Origin: Patescibacteria group bacterium
Lineage (GTDB): Bacteria; Patescibacteriota; Doudnabacteria; UBA920
Assembly (NCBI GenBank): GCA_023484515.1
Contig: JAMDAY010000007.1
Location: 50,179-114,178, forward strand
DNA length: 64,000 nucleotides
Reading direction: 5' to 3'
This document shows, piece after piece, positions 9,516 to 18,168 of the stretch. The notes under the pieces were generated by a model. That model was not told the origin of the DNA and made no database searches. It worked only from the letters and a program-made list of their open reading frames with translations. Numbering within the stretch: position 1 is the stretch's first letter; every line of letters starts with the position of its first letter. Position numbers and translations under genes: made by a program.

Positions 9516-11468
9516 TTGTTATCGTGTTATCTTATGAACCTCTCTTCATTATCCAGCCAACTGAATATGTCCGTGCAGGAACTTCGCTCCAAGGCGCGCG
9601 AGAGAGGTTTTTTTATTTCGCCCAAGGCGAACAAGATAGACAACTTTTTAGCCAAGAAGATTATGGACGCGCTGGGCCAGCAGGACAGCGCACGGCTAAA
9701 ACCTGCCGCTGCAGCCGCAGAGCCGCAAAAAGTTAAGCTGCCGACTTTCATTAAAGTCAGGGATTTTGCAGATTTGTTAAAACTGCCGGTGACGGCTGTC
9801 ATTAAAGAATTGATCAAAAACGGGATAATGGCCACCATTAACGAAGAGGTGGACTTTGAAACCGCGACCATTGTGGCCCAGGACTTAGGTTTTATTGTGG
9901 AAGAAGAAGCGCAAAAAGACACGCAGGAATTCGGCCTGGGATTTTTGCAAGACGTGTTAAAATCGGAAAAAGAAGAGGACTTAAGGCTGCGCCCTCCCAT
10001 TGTGGCCATTATGGGGCACGTTGACCACGGCAAAACCACGCTTTTGGACACCATCCGCAAGACCAAGGTGGCCGAAGGGGAAAGCGGCGGCATTACCCAA
10101 CATATTGGCGCTTATCGCGTCAAAAAGAACGACAAATGGATTACGTTTTTGGACACGCCGGGCCACGAGGCCTTTAGTGAAATGCGCGCCCGCGGGGCGA
10201 ACGTGACGGACTTGATTGTGCTGGTAGTGGCGGCGGATGACGGCGTGCGGCCGCAGACTTTGGAAGTCATTAACCGCGCCAAGTTCACCAACACCCCCAT
10301 GATTGTGGCTATTAACAAAATAGACAAGCCCGAAGCCAACGTAATGAAAGCCAAGCAGGAACTGGCCGGCCAGGGAGTTTTAACCGAAGAATGGGGCGGC
10401 AAGACCGTGGCCGTGGAAATTAGCGCCAAACAGGGAATAGGCATAGACAACCTGTTGGAAATGATTTTGCTGACCGCGGAAGTGGAAAATTTTCGCGCCA
10501 ATCCCAGCGGCCGGACCGTAGGGACCATTATTGAATCTAAAGTCATGCAGGGCAAGGGGCCGACTGCCACAGTTATCGTGCAAAACGGCCACTTGCGGGT
10601 AGGGGACATTATTGTGGCCGGCGCGGCCTTTGGCCGCGTCCGCAGCCTGGAAGACGAAAAAGGACGCAGGCTGAAAGAGGCCGGGCCGTCCACTCCGGCG
10701 CAAATTTCCGGTTTCAGCGAAGTTCCCCAAGTGGGCGACATTTTGCAGACAGTAGCGGCGCTGGACGAGGCTAAAAAAATCGCTTCCGTCGCGCAAAAAA
10801 AGAACCAAAGCCACCGCCTCATTTCCAAGCAGGCTATTATGGGAGACGCGGAAAGCAAAACCCTGAATTTGATAATCAAGGCTGACGTTGCCGGCTCCCT
10901 GGAAGCCATTAAGCAATCTATTGCCAAACTTAAAAATGACGAGGTCAAAATTAACATTTTAAGCGACGGCGTGGGGGAAGTCAATGAGTCCGACGTACTT
11001 TCCGCGGACAATTCCAAGGGCATTATTATCAGTTTTAGGAGCAAAATTAATCCCAAAGCCTTGGGCCTAGCCAAACAAAAAGGCGTTGTTATTGATTCTT
11101 ACGACGTTATTTACGAATTAATAGAAGACGTGACCAGCGCCGTCATTAAAATGTTCACGCCGGAATTGGAAAAAATTGTGAACGGCCAGGCGCGGGTGTT
11201 GGCCATTTTCCGCACGGAAAAAGGGCAGATGATAGTGGGCGGCCGCTCCGAAGAAGGGATTGTAAAAAAGAACAGCCAAATTGCCATTTACCGCGACGGC
11301 ACGGAACTTGGCCGTGGCGAAATTTTAGAGCTGCAACAAAGCAAGGTGGCGGCCAAGTCCGTCAACAAAAACGAGGAATTCGGCATCAAGCTGAAAACCG
11401 CCGTAAAAATTAAGGAAGGCGACATTTTGGAGAGTTTTGAGGAGAAGATAAAGAAAAAAACATTATAA
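9516..11468 (+). CDS. infB: translation initiation factor IF-2
   Basis: GTP-binding motifs [25 protein letters not shown], then IF-2 domains. True start may be 9534 or 9567. Confidence 0.9.
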   Translation: MLSCYLMNLSSLSSQLNMSVQELRSKARERGFFISPKANKIDNFLAKKIMDALGQQDSARLKPAAAAAEPQKVKLPTFIKVRDFADLLKLPVTAVIKELIKNGIMATINEEVDFETATIVAQDLGFIVEEEAQKDTQEFGLGFLQDVLKSEKEEDLRLRPPIVAIMGHVDHGKTTLLDTIRKTKVAEGESGGITQHIGAYRVKKNDKWITFLDTPGHEAFSEMRARGANVTDLIVLVVAADDGVRPQTLEVINRAKFTNTPMIVAINKIDKPEANVMKAKQELAGQGVLTEEWGGKTVAVEISAKQGIGIDNLLEMILLTAEVENFRANPSGRTVGTIIESKVMQGKGPTATVIVQNGHLRVGDIIVAGAAFGRVRSLEDEKGRRLKEAGPSTPAQISGFSEVPQVGDILQTVAALDEAKKIASVAQKKNQSHRLISKQAIMGDAESKTLNLIIKADVAGSLEAIKQSIAKLKNDEVKINILSDGVGEVNESDVLSADNSKGIIISFRSKINPKALGLAKQKGVVIDSYDVIYELIEDVTSAVIKMFTPELEKIVNGQARVLAIFRTEKGQMIVGGRSEEGIVKKNSQIAIYRDGTELGRGEILELQQSKVAAKSVNKNEEFGIKLKTAVKIKEGDILESFEEKIKKKTL

Positions 11469-11566
11469 ACTCTACAAGATACGATTAGCGGGTGAAGACG
11501 GCCTTCCAGGACAAACAGACTTTAGATTATTAGACGTTGATTGCTTTCAGCCTGGGTTTAGAGGCA

Positions 11567-11664
11567 GTGATGACGCACATCTGGGACAATCTTCCTTAAG
11601 TTTGGTTGATAATGATTATTATCCGGCAATCTAAAAACCGCTTATCCCAGATGTGCGTCATCAC
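11567..11664. repeat. perfect 20-bp inverted repeat (GTGATGACGCACATCTGGGA / TCCCAGATGTGCGTCATCAC) with a 58-nt loop
   Basis: Read directly in the infB-rbfA spacer. Confidence 0.7.
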
Positions 11665-11784
11665 CCAATGTTAATCACCAGCCTTACTTTAGCAGGATAA
11701 CTCCGGAAGGCCGTTTTCATTGCCAAGGACCAAACATCTCCCCGATCCTTATATCCCCGCCAGAGCGTACAACCCATACCGCTC

Positions 11785-11813
11785 TTGAAACAAACTTAAA
11801 AATAAGCTATACT
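11785..11813 (+). promoter_or_regulatory. sigma70-like promoter TTGAAA-17-TATACT for rbfA
   Basis: Consensus-like hexamers with a 17-nt spacer, 35 nt upstream of the rbfA ATG. Confidence 0.5.
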
Positions 11814-11848
11814 GTTAAGCTCTAAATCTTTAAGGGCAGAATTTTTAT

Positions 11849-12223
11849 ATGGACAAACCGCAAAAGAACCCAAACCGCATAGCTAAGGTTAATTCCCTAA
11901 TCGAGCATGAACTAGGGCCTATTCTGCATGAATTTTTTGAAGGGGAAAACGGCCTGGTCACCGTCAGCAAAGTGGAAACCAGCCGCGACATGCGCTGGGC
12001 CAAGGTTTGGGTATCCGTTTTCGGCGGCGACGACAATAAAATTTTTAACCGCATCAATACCCATATTTATGAAATTCAGGGCGAATTAAACAAGTCCTTT
12101 GCCACCAAAATTATTCCGCGTTTGCAATTTTTTTTGGACACCAGCCCCCGCTATGCGCAGCATATTGACGAAATGATTAAAAAGATGCATGCGGAAGAAC
12201 AGCTATCCGGAACTGCGGAATGA
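11849..12223 (+). CDS. rbfA: ribosome-binding factor A
   Basis: Typical RbfA sequence (KVNSLIEHELGPIL...VTVSKVETSRDMRWAKVWVS), directly downstream of infB. Confidence 0.85.
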   Translation: MDKPQKNPNRIAKVNSLIEHELGPILHEFFEGENGLVTVSKVETSRDMRWAKVWVSVFGGDDNKIFNRINTHIYEIQGELNKSFATKIIPRLQFFLDTSPRYAQHIDEMIKKMHAEEQLSGTAE

Positions 12224-12316
12224 AATCCGAATCTGCAAAAAGCTACGAAGCCCTTTTCCGCGGTTTCCGTAATTCCGGATACATTTTCGGATGGCGTTAT
12301 TTTACAAACACAACCC

Positions 12317-13267
12317 ATGCAGCAAAATTTTCAAAAAGCCAAAGAACTGATTGACCGCTCCTACAATATACTTTTAACCATGCACGAACGCATGGACGGC
12401 GACGACGGCGGAGCGCTTTTGGCAATAACCCATCATTTAAAGTCCACTGGTAAACAGGCCGTTTGCGCCATAAAAAAAGGGGTACCGCCGTCCTTAAGTT
12501 TTTTGCCCGGAAGCAAGCATGTCCGGGAAGACATTGGCGAGGAGGAATTTGACTTGCTGGTTGCATTCGGCTGCTCGGACAAAAACCGGATCGGTAACGA
12601 AAAAATAACCGGCCTAGACATTGCCGCCATTAACATTGACCACCATCCTGACAATACTAATTTTGGAGATGTCAACCTGGTGGATGCCGGTAAGTCTTCG
12701 GTGGCTGAATTGGTTTACGATTTTTTTAAATTTTGCAAATGGCAAATAAACAAAGACGTCGCCACCTGCCTGCTGACCGGCATTATTACGGACACGGGCT
12801 CGTTCATGCACAGCAACACCAAGACCTCCACCCTGCAAGCTGCGGCCGACCTGATGCGCCAAGGCGCCCTGGCCAATAAAATTATCAAACATACTTACCA
12901 CAGCAAGAGCCCAAATATTTTAAAAGCCTGGGGCAAAGCCATGGAAAATTCTTACTACGACGCCAAACACAAGGTTATTTTTTCCATAATGACCGAAGAT
13001 GACCTAAAAGAAACGGGCAAACTGCCGCAAGCGGCTTTTGACGGCTTTGCCGTAACGCTTAACAGCGTGCCGGAAGCTAAATTTGCCATGTTTTTAAGAC
13101 AGGAAGGAAATATTGTAAAAGGCAGCTTAAGGAGCGAGTCATACAAAAACGTGGACGTTTCCAAAATTGCCAAGCTTTTCGGCGGCGGCGGCCACAAACA
13201 AGCCGCGGGCTTTTCCATACCCGGCAGATTAACCCGCGACAAAAACGGCAAATGGAAAATTGAATAA
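12317..13267 (+). CDS. nrnA: DHH-family phosphoesterase (NrnA-like oligoribonuclease/pAp phosphatase)
   Basis: DHH motifs (NIDHHPDN, ITDTGSF) and DHHA1-like C-terminus GGGGHKQAAG. Confidence 0.8.
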   Translation: MQQNFQKAKELIDRSYNILLTMHERMDGDDGGALLAITHHLKSTGKQAVCAIKKGVPPSLSFLPGSKHVREDIGEEEFDLLVAFGCSDKNRIGNEKITGLDIAAINIDHHPDNTNFGDVNLVDAGKSSVAELVYDFFKFCKWQINKDVATCLLTGIITDTGSFMHSNTKTSTLQAAADLMRQGALANKIIKHTYHSKSPNILKAWGKAMENSYYDAKHKVIFSIMTEDDLKETGKLPQAAFDGFAVTLNSVPEAKFAMFLRQEGNIVKGSLRSESYKNVDVSKIAKLFGGGGHKQAAGFSIPGRLTRDKNGKWKIE

Positions 13268-13282
13268 ATTAAGTTTAACAAA

Positions 13283-13310
13283 ACCAAAAACAGCCTTTAT
13301 AGGCTGTTTT
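13283..13310 (+). terminator. terminator AAACAGCCTTTATAGGCTGTTTT
   Basis: Hairpin plus T-run immediately after the nrnA stop. Confidence 0.6.
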
Positions 13311-13349
13311 CGGTTAAGTAAGAAAAAAAATGCTGTTTCGTCTTAAATT

Positions 13350-14069
13350 TTGGATTTAATGAATAAACCCCTTATGGACAGCGCAATCCAACAAACCGGG
13401 TCTTCCGTGGCAGGTTCTCTCCAGGATTTATACAACAAAGTTGCCGCTTTCCTGCCCCAATTGGTGGCGGCTATTATTATTCTGATAATCGGCTGGATTA
13501 TTGCCGTTTTGCTGGGCAACGGCGTAACCCGCGTTTTACATTTTATTAAAGTGGACAGTTTGGCCGACCGTTTCGGGCTGCACCAACTAGGGGAAAGAAT
13601 CGGGAGGAAAGTCACTGTGTCCGGGTTATTCGGCTGGCTGGTAAAATGGTTTTTTTTAATTGCCACGTTCGTGGCCGCGGCAGAAGCGCTGGGGCTTAAC
13701 CAGGTCAGCCAATTCCTGTATAACGAAGTTTTCCCGTATTTCGGGAACGTGGTCGTAGCTGCCATTATTTTGGTGATCGGCTATTTAGTCGCCCATTTTT
13801 TATACGAAGTTATCCGCGATTCGCTCAAAGCCAGCGGTTTTGCCGCGGCCACTACCGTAGCCGCGGCAGGCCGGTGGGCAATTTTGATCTTTTCGTTCAT
13901 TGCAGCGCTGGCACAGTTAAAAATTGCTCCGGACTTTATGAAACTGCTGTTTACCGCCATTGTCTTTATGCTTGCCCTGGCCGGAGGACTGGCGTTCGGC
14001 CTGGGCGGGCGGGACCAGGCCCGCGACATGCTGGAACAAATCCGCAACAAGTCGCGCCCGGCAAAATAA
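13350..14069 (+). CDS. membrane protein with conserved TM-helix repeats (mechanosensitive-channel-associated type)
   Basis: Two similar hydrophobic repeat units (…VAAIIILIIGWIIAVLLG… / …VVAAIILVIGYLVAHFL…). Confidence 0.45.
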   Translation: MDLMNKPLMDSAIQQTGSSVAGSLQDLYNKVAAFLPQLVAAIIILIIGWIIAVLLGNGVTRVLHFIKVDSLADRFGLHQLGERIGRKVTVSGLFGWLVKWFFLIATFVAAAEALGLNQVSQFLYNEVFPYFGNVVVAAIILVIGYLVAHFLYEVIRDSLKASGFAAATTVAAAGRWAILIFSFIAALAQLKIAPDFMKLLFTAIVFMLALAGGLAFGLGGRDQARDMLEQIRNKSRPAK

Positions 14070-14077
14070 TTAATACT

Positions 14078-14120
14078 AACACAAAGGGCATCTTTACGTT
14101 ATGTAAAGACGCCCTTTGTT
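14078..14120. terminator. bidirectional terminator between convergent genes
   Basis: Imperfect 15-bp palindrome AAAGGGCATCTTTACGT/ATGTAAAGACGCCCTTT. Confidence 0.5.
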
Positions 14121-14138
14121 AATTGTTAATCGTTATAG

Positions 14139-14774
14139 TTACTGTCGTTCTTTCCGGCCCTCCCTTAATTTCTTCATTCCTTCCGCCGCAAAAACCAGGC
14201 TGGCAATAAACCCGCCTATTTTTTTGTTATATGATTCGTCTATTAACAGTCCTTCCGCGTTAAAAGCTTTCTGCACCGGCCCGAACATTACGGTTTCGCG
14301 GATGGCAAACATGGAAAAATTCGCCATTAAGGGCCGTAATTGTTCCATGGCTCTGGCTCCCCCGGTTATCCCGGATGAGACACCGGCAAATCCTACCGCT
14401 TTATACTCGAATTCCTTATATAACCAATCCAGCGCGTTCTTGAGCACTGCCGGATACCCGTGGTTATATTCCGGCGTAACGATTACGAACGCATCCGCAG
14501 CCTCGGCAATTGTGCTCCACTTTTGGACATTGGCGTCAGGATACTTTTTATTTAAGGACGCCGGCGGAGGGTCGCAAAACATAAACGGCAAAGTCAGTTC
14601 CTTAAAATCCACCAATACGGATTCATGCCCGCTATCCAATAGTATTTTATTAATTAGCCGCGCCGGAAAAATACTTTTCCGGCTGTCGCGCACGCTCCCT
14701 AAAATGACAGGAATGTTCAATTTCATAAATATAAATTTATAATAGTAGACGATCAATTTTGCAAAATCAAACAC
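14139..14774 (-). CDS. NAD(P)H-dependent FMN reductase family oxidoreductase
   Basis: MKLNIPVILGSVRDSRKS...VIVTPEYNHGYPAVLKNALDW pattern of the FMN_red family. Confidence 0.7.
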   Translation of the reverse strand: MFDFAKLIVYYYKFIFMKLNIPVILGSVRDSRKSIFPARLINKILLDSGHESVLVDFKELTLPFMFCDPPPASLNKKYPDANVQKWSTIAEAADAFVIVTPEYNHGYPAVLKNALDWLYKEFEYKAVGFAGVSSGITGGARAMEQLRPLMANFSMFAIRETVMFGPVQKAFNAEGLLIDESYNKKIGGFIASLVFAAEGMKKLREGRKERQ

Positions 14775-15420
14775 CTGTTTGAACCGGAAAAATTTGTCTG
14801 AAAGACTTTAAGCGGGATTTTCCCATGCGCGGCAAACTCATTAATTCAATATCCGAAGCCTGCGCCAGGTTATCTATTGTCTTAAAAACTGTTAAGAGAT
14901 CGCTGGCTGTTTGCCTGCCAATTCCCGAAATTTGCGTGAGGATATTTATTTGCCGCTGCCAAGGAGTAATTATTTTCCGCTGCTGGCGGCATTGTTGCAG
15001 GTTTGCTGCCGCATTGGCGGAATATTTTTTCGCCAGCAAGCGCAATATGCTGGAAGAATCTTCTTCGTTGCAAGTCCTGACTAAAGAAACTTTTTTAGTA
15101 ACCGTGATCCAAAGGATTACCCCGCGGATAACATCGGACGACACGCGCCCTTGATGGTATAAGCCCCCGCCTTCCAGTAACAGCAAAGGATGCTTGCAGC
15201 TTCTTGCCAGCCAGGCCACTTGCCGAAACAAGCGGCCGTCGGCAATGGAAGTAATAAAGTCGCTAATGGTTTTGCGTTCAACAAAACAATCGGAACCAAT
15301 AACGTAGTCCGTAGCCAGGCTGCCAAACTGGACGGAAAACCCCAAATGGGACAAAAATTTCGGCACCAAGCACCTCTGCTCGCGGAAATCCGCCAAAATT
15401 GAATTTTTGTTTATATGCAT
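14767..15420 (-). CDS. ERCC4-type (XPF/Mus81/Hef-like) nuclease domain protein with C-terminal HhH
   Basis: ERKTISDFITSIADGRLFRQ matches the ERK...D...GR ERCC4 signature. Start set at MHINKNS (15420), which has a GGAGGG RBS. Confidence 0.6.
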   Translation of the reverse strand: MHINKNSILADFREQRCLVPKFLSHLGFSVQFGSLATDYVIGSDCFVERKTISDFITSIADGRLFRQVAWLARSCKHPLLLLEGGGLYHQGRVSSDVIRGVILWITVTKKVSLVRTCNEEDSSSILRLLAKKYSANAAANLQQCRQQRKIITPWQRQINILTQISGIGRQTASDLLTVFKTIDNLAQASDIELMSLPRMGKSRLKSFRQIFPVQTGV

Positions 15421-15438
15421 AAACCCTCCGGATTTAAC

Positions 15439-15600
15439 GGGTCTGTTGCCGAATGCCATTTTGGCTGCAATTTTAGAATTTCGGCATCTTGGCCAAAAAA
15501 TTTTTTCCCCTTAGCCTACGGCTAAACATCAAAAATTATTTTAGCCAATCTGCTCGGAATTCTGAAATTTCGCCTTAAAAGCGCATTCGGCAGCAGACCC
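15439..15600. mobile_element. 162-bp MITE-like element, copy 1 (terminal inverted repeats GGGTCTGTTGCCGAATGC / GCATTCGGCAGCAGACCC)
   Basis: Near-identical second copy at 61969-62130; internal TTAGCC-TAC-GGCTAA hairpin; TTAAC/TTAAT-like flanks. Confidence 0.7.
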
Positions 15601-15602
15601 TT

Positions 15603-15642
15603 AACGGCCGCCATTCCAATTAAAGGAATGGCGGCCGTTTTG
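15603..15642. terminator. perfect 15-bp hairpin AACGGCCGCCATTCC...GGAATGGCGGCCGTT followed by TTTTG
   Basis: Read directly, adjacent to MITE copy 1. Confidence 0.5.
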
Positions 15643-15653
15643 TTAAAGCCCGC

Positions 15654-15875
15654 TTATTTGGTATTGGCGCCCGCTTCCGCAAGCGCTTCGCCGAAAGCCT
15701 GCAACTGGTCCGAAAACACGGTAATGCTGCCGCGGTGGCGCTGGCCGTCTTTGTTCATCCAGCTTTCGGAAATTTGCATGTACTTGCTTTGTTTGCCGCC
15801 CTGGGCCTGCTTGACGTCAAAAAAATACGTATTGCCGCCGGCTTTGAGGGACTTGGAAAAAATTGCTTCGTTCAT
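15654..15875 (-). CDS. PUR-like (DUF3276-type) putative nucleic-acid-binding protein
   Basis: KAGGNTYFFDVKQAQGGKQSKYMQISE resembles the bacterial Pur-alpha-like repeat. Start at MNEAIFS, because the ORF-track start codon is TTG. Confidence 0.35.
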   Translation of the reverse strand: MNEAIFSKSLKAGGNTYFFDVKQAQGGKQSKYMQISESWMNKDGQRHRGSITVFSDQLQAFGEALAEAGANTK

Positions 15876-16118
15876 AAATTTATATAGCAATTAGCTGGCA
15901 GTATTTGGCATTTAGCAGTCTGGATAAATACTATTTGCCAAATACGTAACACTAAAAGCTATTTTTGCGTTAAGGCTGCCTCGACCTTTGTTAAAGCGAA
16001 CAAGAGTGATGGAGGGGAAAGAATAAACAGCCTATCCTTTCCCATTATGAACGATCGTTCACCTATTGTCAATAACCTTAAAATCAGGGGTTTTCTGATA
16101 TCTCAATTGATTTATCCA

Positions 16119-16146
16119 CAAAAAAAAACGGCCTGCATGGCCGGTT
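16119..16146 (-). terminator. minus-strand terminator CGGCCATGCAGGCCG + T9, ending the LAGLIDADG/tRNA-Leu transcript
   Basis: Read directly on the minus strand. Confidence 0.6.
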
Positions 16147-16277
16147 CCATTACCATCCTATACCGCTTGCCCTGTTTATAGTCGTACCACACACCTGAGC
16201 GAGCCAGATAGCCTTGCACCAGTCACGATGCTCCGGTTCATGGCGGCGCCATATACCCGAGCGAAGCGGGTGGTATA

Positions 16278-16362
16278 TGGTGCCCTCGGTGGGATTCGAA
16301 CCCACAAGCCTTGCGGCACATGCACCTCAAGCATGCACGTATTCCAGTTCCGTCACGAGGGC
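16278..16362 (-). tRNA. tRNA-Leu (anticodon GAG), class II with long variable arm, CCA encoded
   Basis: Manual fold: acceptor GCCCTCG/CGAGGGC, 3-bp D-stem with GG, anticodon stem CATGC/GCATG with loop TTGAGGT, variable arm GCC-GCAA-GGC, T-arm GTGGG-TTCGAAT-CCCAC. Confidence 0.85.
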
Positions 16363-16368
16363 CAAAGA

Positions 16369-17022
16369 TTAGGGATTTTCTCTATTTATTGCTAATGCAG
16401 TATACACTTTTCTGTATTTTCTTTCAAGCATCGGGTTTTTTTCATTTGCATACATCTTGGCAATAATCTTCTGCGCTTCAGATTTAGCATATTTAAGCTG
16501 ATATACCTTCGCTCCAAAACTTGTATTGAAATGCCCTTTTACTTTAAGAATAAAAAATAACCTTTTTTGTACCCACTGGAGATGCTTTAAACTAGCTGAA
16601 ATAAATTCTAAATAAAACATAAAACTGGAAGCCCAACGTTTGTCCCAATAAGAATAAAAAGTTCCATCACCGTCAAAACTGCCTCTAAGAAAATCAAAAA
16701 AATATTTATTCGGAATTTTTAGTCCCGCTATTGTTTTAGATTTTGCTGGAGTTAGCCCTATTGATAATAAAAAACTATAAAATTTAATATCGCCAAACTG
16801 TACCCAGTAAGCAGCCTTGTTTTGATCGTAACCACTATGCTTTATGGATATCTTATTTTTTATACCCAAACAATTTTTAAAAATTTTTACCAATTCCAGA
16901 TCTTTTGACACAAAGGCCATGTGCCTACCATCATTGTAAAGACACCCGTCAGTGGCGATCAAGCCTACCACATAAGCCAAATTTGAGGACCATTGAGTTT
17001 TTATTTTATTTGCAGGTCTCAT
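16369..17022 (-). CDS. LAGLIDADG homing endonuclease, double-motif single-chain type
   Basis: Two LAGLIDADG motifs (LAYVVGLIATDG and FDFLRGSFDGDG). ATG at 17022; the ORF-track start 17085 is TTG. Stop lies 6 nt before the tRNA-Leu 5' end. Confidence 0.85.
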   Translation of the reverse strand: MRPANKIKTQWSSNLAYVVGLIATDGCLYNDGRHMAFVSKDLELVKIFKNCLGIKNKISIKHSGYDQNKAAYWVQFGDIKFYSFLLSIGLTPAKSKTIAGLKIPNKYFFDFLRGSFDGDGTFYSYWDKRWASSFMFYLEFISASLKHLQWVQKRLFFILKVKGHFNTSFGAKVYQLKYAKSEAQKIIAKMYANEKNPMLERKYRKVYTALAINRENP

Positions 17023-17050
17023 TTGTCTCAATGTATAAGCGTATACCAAT

Positions 17051-17085
17051 ATTATAGCAAAACTGCGGAAAAAATCCAGAGACAA
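17051..17085 (-). promoter_or_regulatory. extended -10 (TGcTATAAT) promoter candidate for the LAGLIDADG-tRNA unit
   Basis: Read directly on the minus strand; the -35 is weak. Confidence 0.3.
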
Positions 17086-17090
17086 AATGC

Positions 17091-17117
17091 AGGGACAGGT
17101 CTAGACCTGTCCCTACG
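17091..17117 (-). terminator. REP-like perfect palindrome AGGGACAGGTC-TAGA-CCTGTCCCT acting as the pyrB terminator
   Basis: Sibling palindrome at 47612-47641. Confidence 0.55.
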
Positions 17118-17131
17118 GTAATGGCACAATA

Positions 17132-18058
17132 TTACTTTCCCAGCAAGTAATGCAGCAGGGCCATGCGCATAAACAAGCCATTGCGTGCCTGGCGGAAATA
17201 AGCGGCGCGCACGTCCGCGTCCACTTCCGGCGCTATTTCGTTCACGCGGGGCAGGGGATGAAGAATAATGGAATCTTTCTTGAGTTTTTCCAAAACCGCG
17301 GAATTTATTACATAACAATCCTTTAACCGCTCATATTCTTCATGCGAAGCAAACCTTTCCTTTTGCACCCGCGTCATATAAACCACGTCTATCTTGTCCA
17401 AAATGCCTTCAAAATTTTCCAACTCTTCAAATTCCACGTTTTTTTCTTTTAAGATATCCTTAAACTTTTCCGGCATTCTTAACTTGTCCGGGGAAACGAA
17501 GTAAAATTTGTTTTTTTGGTATAGGGACAGCAGGGGCAACAGGGAATGCACGGTGCGGCCGTACAGCAAGTCGCCTATCATGGCAATGTTTAAATTGTCC
17601 AGGCGGCCCAGCTCTTTTTTAACGGTGAACATATCCAGCAGCGCCTGGGTCGGATGTTCGCCCTTGCCGTCGCCGGCGTTTACTATCGGCACCGGCGAAA
17701 CCGCGGCCGCCCGCTTGGCCGCGCCTTCTTCCGGATGCCGCATTACTATGCCGTCGGCATAGCCGCTAATTATGCGGATAGTATCTTCCAAAGTTTCGCC
17801 CTTTACCGCGGACGAAGAAATAGCGGCATTCTCCGTGCCAATAACGCTGCCGCCAAGCTTTAAAACAGAAGTTTCAAAAGACAGGCGGGTGCGGGTGGAC
17901 GGCTCAAAAAACATGCAGGCTATAACCTTTCCCGCCAGGGAAGTCGGCACTTTGCCGCCGTGATTACTTTTTTCCATCTCTGCGGCCAAAGCAAACAGCT
18001 CCTGCTGGAGCCCCAAGTCTAAAAATTGGTCTGCGCTTAAAATGTGTTTGAGTTTCAT
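17132..18058 (-). CDS. pyrB: aspartate carbamoyltransferase catalytic subunit
   Basis: STRTR motif and HPxQ; typical ATCase length (308 aa). Confidence 0.9.
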   Translation of the reverse strand: MKLKHILSADQFLDLGLQQELFALAAEMEKSNHGGKVPTSLAGKVIACMFFEPSTRTRLSFETSVLKLGGSVIGTENAAISSSAVKGETLEDTIRIISGYADGIVMRHPEEGAAKRAAAVSPVPIVNAGDGKGEHPTQALLDMFTVKKELGRLDNLNIAMIGDLLYGRTVHSLLPLLSLYQKNKFYFVSPDKLRMPEKFKDILKEKNVEFEELENFEGILDKIDVVYMTRVQKERFASHEEYERLKDCYVINSAVLEKLKKDSIILHPLPRVNEIAPEVDADVRAAYFRQARNGLFMRMALLHYLLGK

Positions 18059-18168
18059 AATATTTTAATCCGGATATGCGAATAACGTAATCCGAATTTA
18101 CGGATGGCTACGGATATAAATCCGCGGCCGTCTGCCGATCCGGATGCTATTTGCATATCCGGATCGGG

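Noticed and set aside
9527-11074. Long antisense ORFs (e.g. 10112..11074 -, 10380..10916 -, 9527..10093 -) inside infB
   Set aside because: They overlap a confidently identified gene on the other strand and their sequences are low-complexity (S/A/L-rich). They are typical shadow ORFs.
16147-16277. Group I intron or second tRNA in the 130-nt trailer downstream of tRNA-Leu(GAG)
   Set aside because: No second cloverleaf could be folded and the tRNA itself is uninterrupted. Only a 9-bp hairpin and a terminator are evident. Kept as part of the LAGLIDADG finding rather than called separately.
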